Positions 1 to 8,000 of a stretch of DNA of 64,000 nucleotides are shown one piece after another; positions within the stretch are counted from its first letter, which is position 1; every line of letters begins with the position of its first letter. The notes under the pieces are model-generated. The model worked only from the letters and a program-made list of their open reading frames with translations, was not told the DNA's origin and made no database searches. The stretch lies in the NCBI GenBank assembly GCA_035403165.1, contig DAONEP010000008.1:355-64354 (forward strand), written 5' to 3'. The stretch comes from Bacteroidales bacterium. GTDB taxonomy: Bacteria; Bacteroidota; Bacteroidia; Bacteroidales; UBA4417. The translations under genes and the position numbers were made by a program.

Positions 1-2082
1 ATCAACGGAGTCAGGCTCTTTCAGTCCCAATATGGCCGAATAATAAAACTGGAGGCTGCACGTAACATAGGCGCTCAAAACGGAAGGGGAGAAGCCCGTT
101 ACGGCTATTTCACGAAGCCGTTGCATCGTGCCTGCATTTTTTGATATCGTGATTTTGCTGTCAGCAGGCTTTAGGGATTGGATTCCGATTACCTGCTCGG
201 GAATTTTCGCGCCGGGATTATATCGTGGCAGTTCATATGCCAACTGAGTGATGAACCGGCTTTTTTCACCGTTTCCCAACTCGTCGGCTTCGGTATTGTA
301 AAGAAGCCATGTCGTTTTTGCCCTCTGCAAAAGCCTGTAAAAATGGTAAGCAAAAACGGCATTATGTTCGCGGAATCCCGGCAGCCTGTATTCAAGCCTG
401 ATATCCATTGGAATGAATGAATCCTGCCGTTTGCCTCTGGGGAGTAATCCTTCGTTTACCGATAACATAATCAGCGTATCGAAATCGAGCGTTCTGGTTT
501 CCAGGACTCCCATTATCTGGATTCCTTTGAGCGGTTCACCATAAAAAGGAAGGCGCATGGCCCCGGCGATACTTGTAAATAAGACATGAAGCGTTTCAGT
601 TCCCGGATCGCCTGGCAAAAGGGCAATCAAATCGTACAGGTTCTGAATAATGCCGGCGATGCTAAAAAGATATTCCATGTCGATGGAGGCGAACTCCCTG
701 TCAGATTCCGGGTTCCGCGGATTTTTTTCGGCCAACGAATTCTTAACCAGGCTGATGGCCCGTTGCACCAAAGCGAGCGTATCCTGCGCCTTGTTGACAT
801 GATTGGAAATATAAGGCCCGAATACTTCGCACAGAGGGGTACAGTTCTTTTCCAGAAACTGAATCAGGTGGTTCCCGGGATAAAACGAACAGGTGAGTTT
901 TCCTTCTATGCCTTGCCCCGTATTTGATATTCCCCCGCTCAGTTGAATGAGGTAAGGGTGTTTCAGTAAACGGAGTATGTCCTGGCGATAGAAGCGCTTC
1001 ACCGGCTGGTCATTCATTCCGGATGCATATTTTTCAGAGTTTAGAAGCAGGGTGAAAATGGCATCCGCCAGCGAGTATGCCGGTGTGAGTTTGAGGGGGA
1101 ACCCCATTGTAACGTTGAAATCGGTGATGCCGGCCGGAATGGAATTTAACACGGGAATAAGCAAGCCTTCATCAACCAGTACAACGGCTGTTTTTCCTGT
1201 CTCGTCCCCGCTGAGTCTGCTGAGCAGTTGTCCGGCAAATTTAGCCTGGCCAATATTTTTCGGGATGCCGGCAATGTTGATTTCCCGTTCTTCCTCCTTA
1301 TAATGTCCTGAAATCCAGTTCATGGGGCCAAACAGGTTCCGGTTGCGGTATTTTCTCAGAAAAAGGCCTGCTTCATGATTCTCATCATCAACGTAATAAT
1401 TATCGGCGTCCCAGAATATCCTTGCTTTTCCGGAATTGATCAAAGCCGTGAAAAGTTTTTCTTCAACAGGCGTCAGGGCGTTGAAGCCGGCAAAGACGAT
1501 CTTTTGCCACTCGTCGAAGGAGGTGGTCTCAAGGTTTTCTATGAGCCTGCGAAAGGCAAGTCCCATGTATGCCTGGTTGCTGTTTAAAAGCTCAGCCCTG
1601 AATTGGGCGTATAGCGGAGCAATGGAATTATAGAATTCCAGATAGCTTTTTTCAAAGTCAGTGAGGGCTTTGCCGTCCGGATTCCAGTGCTCAATGGCTT
1701 TGGCTTCGGTGAGGTAGCTGAAAACAGATACGCCGTCGACGAGGTACTGGTCGATTTCGTCAAAATCGGAAAGCAGACGGCTCCCCCAGGTGATGAAATC
1801 TTTCAGCGGCCTGGCTTTTTCGCCAAGTAGCGAAAAGTACAGAGTGTACAGATTGATGAGCAAGGCAGGCTGGCCGACGATTTGGAGACCCGATTTGAGC
1901 GCGACAAAATCTTCGATGGAATAAATGGCCGGTGACCACAATGGCTTGCTGATACGGCCGGCCAGGTAGCGCCTGAAATACAAACCTGCCCTGCGGTTTG
2001 GGAAAACAAGGCAAAGCTTGCTTACCTCTTCTCCGTATGTATCGAAAAGTTCGTCGGCGAGTTGTTGCAGGAATGGTTTCAA
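1..2082 (-). CDS. AddB-like PD-(D/E)XK nuclease family protein, N-terminal ~690 aa; the 3' end lies beyond the left window edge
   Basis: By hand translation the minus-strand frame is open from 2082 to position 1. It is missing from the ORF track because no stop lies in the window. The N-terminus LLKPFLQQLADELFDTYGEEVSKLCLVFPNRRAGLYFRRYLAGRISKPLWSPAIYSIEDF matches my recollection of the N-terminal region of the large Bacteroidota PD-(D/E)XK nuclease family proteins. There is no ATG near the 5' end. Candidate starts are TTG (2080-2082) or CTG (2083-2085), after an in-frame TGA upstream. Confidence 0.6.
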   Translation of the reverse strand, partial: MKPFLQQLADELFDTYGEEVSKLCLVFPNRRAGLYFRRYLAGRISKPLWSPAIYSIEDFVALKSGLQIVGQPALLINLYTLYFSLLGEKARPLKDFITWGSRLLSDFDEIDQYLVDGVSVFSYLTEAKAIEHWNPDGKALTDFEKSYLEFYNSIAPLYAQFRAELLNSNQAYMGLAFRRLIENLETTSFDEWQKIVFAGFNALTPVEEKLFTALINSGKARIFWDADNYYVDDENHEAGLFLRKYRNRNLFGPMNWISGHYKEEEREINIAGIPKNIGQAKFAGQLLSRLSGDETGKTAVVLVDEGLLIPVLNSIPAGITDFNVTMGFPLKLTPAYSLADAIFTLLLNSEKYASGMNDQPVKRFYRQDILRLLKHPYLIQLSGGISNTGQGIEGKLTCSFYPGNHLIQFLEKNCTPLCEVFGPYISNHVNKAQDTLALVQRAISLVKNSLAEKNPRNPESDREFASIDMEYLFSIAGIIQNLYDLIALLPGDPGTETLHVLFTSIAGAMRLPFYGEPLKGIQIMGVLETRTLDFDTLIMLSVNEGLLPRGKRQDSFIPMDIRLEYRLPGFREHNAVFAYHFYRLLQRAKTTWLLYNTEADELGNGEKSRFITQLAYELPRYNPGAKIPEQVIGIQSLKPADSKITISKNAGTMQRLREIAVTGFSPSVLSAYVTCSLQFYYSAILGLKEPDSVD

Positions 2083-2105
2083 CAGGTGATTTTTAGTGTA
2101 AATTG

Positions 2106-2831
2106 TTAAAGTTGTTCAAGGTATCTCCCGGCGGCTGCAAGATCGGCAGGCTTGCCCATATCGAACCAGGCTTCCGTGTCGTGCTGATATGCCCGGATAG
2201 GGTAATGGCCGCTCAACCGAAGGTAAACGTCATTGATGGAGAACCGGCCCTTTTCGGTGATCAACGGGAATATTTCCGGGCTGATTACATGAATTCCGCC
2301 AAAAGCCATGGGCAGTAAGGCTTCCTTTACCGGATAAGGTATCTTTTCCTCGCCGGTGTTAATGTTTTTCCATCCCCTAAGACGGAGTGACGTATCGAAC
2401 AGGAAATACCTTGAGGTTTTGCGACGGCTTACGGCAAGCGTTGCTATTGCATTATTTTCAGCATGATGCCCGAACATTTCCGCCGTGTCGATGTCGGAAA
2501 CCACATCCACGTTATGGACAAGGAAAGGCTGGTTGTCGTCGAAGAACCAGGAAGCCTTTAATAAACCGCCGCCGGTTTCAAGGAGTGCGTCTGTTTCGTC
2601 CGAAAATTCGATGCGTATCCCGAATGAGTTTTTTTTCCTGACAAATTCGATGATCTGTCCGGCAAAATGATGAACGTTAATGATAATTTCATCGAAACCT
2701 GACTGTATGAGCTTTTCGATGGTCCATTGGATCATAGGCTTCCCGGCAACCGGGACCATCGCCTTGGGCATGGTTTGGGTGAAGGGAACGAGCCGGGTTC
2801 CAAGTCCGGCGGCAAAGATCATGGCTTTCAT
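2106..2831 (-). CDS. MurU-like sugar-1-phosphate nucleotidyltransferase (N-acetylmuramate-1-P uridylyltransferase family)
   Basis: 241 aa. The N-terminal motif MKAMIFAAGLGTRLVPFTQTMPKAMVPVAGKPMI is the G-x-G-T-R-L nucleotidyltransferase signature. Size and layout resemble Pseudomonas MurU. The start overlaps the upstream gene's stop by 4 bp (ATGA), and it shares an operon with an AmgK-like kinase. Confidence 0.7.
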   Translation of the reverse strand: MKAMIFAAGLGTRLVPFTQTMPKAMVPVAGKPMIQWTIEKLIQSGFDEIIINVHHFAGQIIEFVRKKNSFGIRIEFSDETDALLETGGGLLKASWFFDDNQPFLVHNVDVVSDIDTAEMFGHHAENNAIATLAVSRRKTSRYFLFDTSLRLRGWKNINTGEEKIPYPVKEALLPMAFGGIHVISPEIFPLITEKGRFSINDVYLRLSGHYPIRAYQHDTEAWFDMGKPADLAAAGRYLEQL

Positions 2832-3196
2832 ACCTGCATTCCTTCCTGTTTAAAATAATTGCGCGTCAGCACCTTTTTCAGTTCCCTGTGCATCACAAGT
2901 TCAGTGATAACGTCGGCCATACTCTGTTCAGAATTCTGTTCCAGCGCCTGTTTAATTTTTCCTTCGCCAATGTCGATGTGGTAAAGCAGGGCCGTAAACT
3001 GATGGCAGTCATTTTCCATAAATACGGCGACATAATCCGACAGTTGCACTAACATCTCCTTATAATCCGCTTCGGCATTTCCTGAAAAAAGGACTTCGAA
3101 GCCGAACATCCCAAAATCTTTCTGAACCTGCTGTAAGGTCTGCCTGATTATTTCCGGCTGGTTTTTATATGTTTCGACGTCAAATTTATCCAACAT
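2828..3196 (-). CDS. hypothetical protein (122 aa), translationally coupled to the MurU-like gene
   Basis: Clean ORF on the same strand whose stop overlaps the MurU-like start (ATGA). No motif recognised. Confidence 0.55.
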   Translation of the reverse strand: MLDKFDVETYKNQPEIIRQTLQQVQKDFGMFGFEVLFSGNAEADYKEMLVQLSDYVAVFMENDCHQFTALLYHIDIGEGKIKQALEQNSEQSMADVITELVMHRELKKVLTRNYFKQEGMQV

Positions 3197-3358
3197 TGTT
3201 CATTTTCACGGGTTGGCATTGGTATATCATTTCCTTTCTTCCTGGCAATCCTTATTCCCTGCATCCGGGATTCCGGGGCCGGGTTTCTTTGTTTTCTTTT
3301 CTGGATTTCTTGTTTTCAGATCGTTTCTTGTGATATTTCTTGCTGCTTCGGTAACAGC

Positions 3359-4879
3359 TCAATCTTTGCTGCCGGGCGACCGGTATTCTCCCGATGGTTT
3401 GAGTTGGGTATGGTTTAATACGACATTGATAGAATATCTGTCTTCAAGGTAACGGGCCAGTTTTTCGGCGCAGTAAACCGAGCGATGCTGCCCGCCGGTA
3501 CAGCCAAAGTTTACCTGCAGGTTTTTAAAACCTCTTTCCATATATTCTTTCACCGACTGATCTATTAATGTATACACCGTTTGCAGGAATTTCCCGATGG
3601 CCGGTTCACGTTCGAGAAATTGAATAACGGGGGCATCTTTCCCGGTGAATTGCCGGAAATGCTCATAGCGTCCCGGGTTGGGAAGCGCGCGGCAGTCAAA
3701 AACAAATCCACCGCCATTGCCGGAATAATCAGGGGGCGGTGAATTTTTAAACGAGAAACTGTTGATGCTGACGGTAAGTAGCTGTCCGGAAGCTGAAAAA
3801 GGGGAGTTGATATTCAGGTTCGCGATCTGTTCCAGAACACCCGTCAGCGTTGGGAGTTTGGGTTCCAGACGAATGTTTTCGAGCAACCAGCGGACATTAT
3901 TCACGGCATACGGGATGCTTTGCAGGAAATGCGCCCTCCGTTCGTAATAGCCGCGGAAGCCATAAGCGCCCATCACCTGTAAAAGCCTTATCAGCACGAA
4001 TGCATGATACTTTTCGATGAAGTCCTTTTCGTCGACAATGGTATAACGCTTAACGTTTTCGAGATACCAATGGAGCATTTCATCACGGAAATCGTATGGC
4101 AGGTTTGCTTTTACCTGGAACAGCAACGAAGCGAGGTCATATTGAAGCGGCCCGCGCCGCCCTCCCTGGTAATCGATAAAATAAGGCCGGCCGTTATTGA
4201 TCATGATATTCCTGGCCTGGAAATCACGGTACATGAAGTAACGGCTTTCCGTCTGCAGCAGGTATGCCGTTAATTCATCGAAGTCGTTTTCGAGGGCATA
4301 TTCGTCGAAAGGAATTCGCAACAGCCTGAGGAAAAAATATTTGAAGTAATTCAGGTCCCAGTGCATAGACCGGGTATCGAAATCCCGGACAGGGTAGCAA
4401 AGGGAGTAATCGATACCGGCGCCGGCCACAACCTGGAATTTCGGAAGCCAGGCAATGGTTTCACGGTACAGATTGCGGACGGATTCAGAAGGACGGTTTT
4501 CCTCCGGATCCCGTTCGAGCAGGTCGAACAATGATTCCGGGCCCAGGTCGCTGAGAAGGTAGATGTTTTTTGAGGCTTCTTCTGCATAGATCTCGGAAAC
4601 GGGCAATCCCGCAGCCCGGAAATGACGGGTGAAAGACAAAAACGCCTCATTTTCCTGCTTGTCGGGACTGTACACGCCGATAGCCTGTCGCTGGTGGCCG
4701 TTGATGCGAAAATACTGCCTGTACGATCCTGCCTGGGGAAGTGCCTTTACTTCGAGACCTTCCTCGCCCGACCATTGACGGAATAGTTCTTTCAGGTTTT
4801 CAATGGGATTGTTTGACACAGGAATTGAGAAAGTTTCTTTATTAGGGTTATTTTGTGAGTGATTGTACGAAAGTAGCAT
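3359..4879 (-). CDS. Fusion protein: AmgK-like aminoglycoside-phosphotransferase-fold sugar kinase (aa ~30-355) + RapZ C-terminal-like domain (aa ~367-495)
   Basis: The APH catalytic loop is YRDFQARNIMINNGRPYFIDYQGG, with the Brenner-type D..N and the DxQ metal site retained. The C-terminal part LTVSINSFSFKNS...GFVFDCRALPNPGRY...FTGKDAPVIQFLE...NFGCTGGQHRSVYCAEKLARYL aligns by eye with E. coli RapZ (LTMVFESFGFKHG...YVFDVRFLPNPHW...MTGLDKPVAAFLD...[21 protein letters not shown]). Confidence 0.75.
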   Translation of the reverse strand: MLLSYNHSQNNPNKETFSIPVSNNPIENLKELFRQWSGEEGLEVKALPQAGSYRQYFRINGHQRQAIGVYSPDKQENEAFLSFTRHFRAAGLPVSEIYAEEASKNIYLLSDLGPESLFDLLERDPEENRPSESVRNLYRETIAWLPKFQVVAGAGIDYSLCYPVRDFDTRSMHWDLNYFKYFFLRLLRIPFDEYALENDFDELTAYLLQTESRYFMYRDFQARNIMINNGRPYFIDYQGGRRGPLQYDLASLLFQVKANLPYDFRDEMLHWYLENVKRYTIVDEKDFIEKYHAFVLIRLLQVMGAYGFRGYYERRAHFLQSIPYAVNNVRWLLENIRLEPKLPTLTGVLEQIANLNINSPFSASGQLLTVSINSFSFKNSPPPDYSGNGGGFVFDCRALPNPGRYEHFRQFTGKDAPVIQFLEREPAIGKFLQTVYTLIDQSVKEYMERGFKNLQVNFGCTGGQHRSVYCAEKLARYLEDRYSINVVLNHTQLKPSGEYRSPGSKD

Positions 4880-5023
4880 TTTTTTATTTCACGGGATGAC
4901 TGCACCATCCATTGTTTCCCGGTAACGCGACTCAGAGGGAACAATAAAACCACGAATTGCCCGAATTATACATGGATTGTTACGGACCATCCGGGTATGT
5001 CCGGGGACTGGTCTGCCGGCGTA

Positions 5024-8000
5024 TCATTCCACTTTAATCACCCTGCTCCCTGAAACCGATCTGAAATCAGCGTTGTACATGGCATCGGCGGTTACCGGCC
5101 CCATTGTATAAGTGCCTTTGTTCACAACCCTCACCGTATAATAGAAAGTTGAAGTGGCGGGGCCCAGGGTCGCAAAGAAACTGATCCGGTCGTCGCGGAT
5201 GTCCTGATAATCGGGCGTTGTGACGTTCTGTTGCCAGCTATAACTGCGTTCGGCCACCAACCGCGAGTTTTCAATTTCGAAGCAAGCCGGAAGCAGATCG
5301 GTGATGGCGACATTTTCAATCGTCTTGCCGGATTCCGTTTCGGCGGTAATCTTCACGATGATCAGGTCGTTGGGACGAAAACTGTTGCCGCTCAGGGCAT
5401 TCCCGTTCTTGTCGAGGAAGTGCTTGCGCACCCTGATGGAATGGTCCTCGTCGCCGGTTGCAGGTTTGACCGGGATACCGGATAGCTCGTAGAAATAATA
5501 GAGGTTTCCGTTGCCTGTGGCCGAAATGTTGACTTTACGACCGTTCAGGCCGTCTTTCAGCACGAGGTCGGAACCGGTGAACGGGGCGGTTTGTTTTCCA
5601 TTGATGGTGACAGTAGCCTTTACATTCGAAGCGGCATTTTTCCTGGCAAATTTCCCCATCGCCGTCATGCAGAAGGCATTTTCCTGGGTGGTGAGATAGC
5701 GTTTCTGTTTCATTTCTTTCCCAATGGTGAGAAGCAATTGCCCTACCTGGGGATTGTCGGGATCGGCTTCCAGAAGGGCATTGAGGGCCATAGCACGGTC
5801 GCGGATAAAAGAGGCAAAGGAGTAACCGGCCAGGGATCGGATTTTTGTAGTGCCGAAAGTACGGGGCAAGACGGCCTGGTAGCTGCGACGGTCGCCGGCA
5901 AGCATATATGCGGCAGCCAGCAGATAGCGGTTTTCGGAAGTAAGGGCGCTTGCCTGCGATTTATAGAAATTCATGGTAGGTATGGCTGCCCTGTCGGCCA
6001 GTGCCAGCACATACAGCGAATAGAATATTTCCTGGGCCGGTGTTGAGACGGAGGTGATGGCGCCGGCATCATCGGTATAAAAGTATGTTTCTGTTTTCCG
6101 GTCTTTCACTTTCTGTTCAAGATATTTCACGGCATTGGAAAAGATAAGGTCATTTGTTTGATATCCTGCTTTTTGCGCTTCGAGCAGGAAATGGGTTGCA
6201 TATGCCGATATCCACCATTGATCGGAACCTCCTGAAGGCCACATGGGGAACCCGCCGTTGTATAACTGGTGTGATTCTACTTTGTAAATGGCCTGCTGGA
6301 TATTTTCATCCGGCGAACCGGCATCACTCTCCGAAGGAGCAACCAGTTGCCGGTGGGCCGATGTTGCCAGGTCGCGAAGGTAAAGCTGGGGAAAAGCTGC
6401 CGAAATGGTTTGTTCCATGCATCCGTAGGGATAACGGATCAGGTCATTGAGGTTTTTCAGGTACTCGGCTGCGGGCGATTTACTGATCATCAACCTTGAC
6501 CGGACACCCTGGGGCATCAGATTCGAATTGACGCTGAAAGCTTTGGAAGTACCTCCTTTTACTATTCCCGAACCGGTGAAAAAGGTAAGTCCTGAAGCGG
6601 GCCGGACCGGAAGTTCGATCTTTTCGGTGAATTTTTCGCCCAGGGCACTTACCGTCACCATGACCGTGGCGTTCCCGGTATAGTTGCCGGCCGTTACTTC
6701 GAAAGTATAAGCCTGTTCGTGGTTTACTCCGAGCGTTGCCGGTTGTTTCGTTTTGCCCGAAACCGTTAGCGGCGCCGTAGCCGAGACCTCAATGGTGGCT
6801 TTGGCGGCAGCTTTGGTGGTATTCGTTACATTCACAATCATAGAGGCTTTGTCGCCGGGGCTCATAAACCGGGGCAAAGCTGAGCTGACAATTACCGGGT
6901 CGGCTACCCGGATTGTCTTCTCGGCCGAACCGAATTTTTCATCCTTGTAAGCAACGGCCATGACGCGTAATGCGCCTGAAAACTGCGGGATGTCGACCGG
7001 GAAAGAGACTTGTCCTTTTCCGTCCGATTTTAAAATGCCGCTCCATTTCGAGATGAGTCTTACCCGTTTCGAAGTCAGGGGATTAAGCCGGCGCGACAGG
7101 TCAAAGGCTTCGCCTCCCGCCGGGCTTGACCCTGAACGACGGAGTTCGGGAAACAGTTGGGCATAAACATCGTACGAATTGACTTCCAGCGCCCTTTTCT
7201 GATAAAACCATGCATACGGATCGGGGGAAGTATAGCCTGTTACCAGCAGGATGCCTTCGTCAACCACGGCAACAGTAACTTCGGCGTTTGGAATGGTCTT
7301 TACCGTGATTACCTGCCGGGTATTTGAGCGGGATTTTTCAGGGGCGGTGATGGTTACGGATGCCCTTGCTTTAGGATCGTCGACCTTGAGCGAGATCACC
7401 CCGTGCGCCACGGTGAGCGGCATTTCGGTATTGGTGATTTTTTTAAACAGGGTGGCCTCGATATAAACGTTGGGAAGATGCTGATCGGAGATATCCAGTA
7501 CCAGGCTGGCCGCTTTGTTTTTTACTTCAATATATTTGAATTCAAGGACGTTGTCGCGCGAAAAGGTCACCAGCATTTTGCCGTCGAAAGGTGCGCTGAA
7601 CAACAGTTTGGCCTTGTTGCCCGGCTGATAGGACTCCTTATCGGCCGATATGGTTACTTCACCTTCGCGGTTAACCTCGAACGAAGTGAAATCGGTGTCA
7701 TTCCAGCCATAGGCATAAAATGTGGATGAGACATAATTCTGGCTGCCCGGCAGCATTACTTTCAGGACGTATTTGCCCGATTGCGCCGGGGTGAAAGGAA
7801 TTACCGCGCCTGTTGACGGAACGGCAACCGTCTTTGAATATTCAACCGATTCTTTTTCCTGCGATACATAGCGATACCGGTCACCGTCGCGTTCGATGAC
7901 GGTTTCATAGCGGAGATGCGATACCACCACCTGTGCCTGGACGTTTCCCTGCGCCTTCCCATCTTTGTTGACGGCTATAACTTTGAAATTCATTGGTTTC

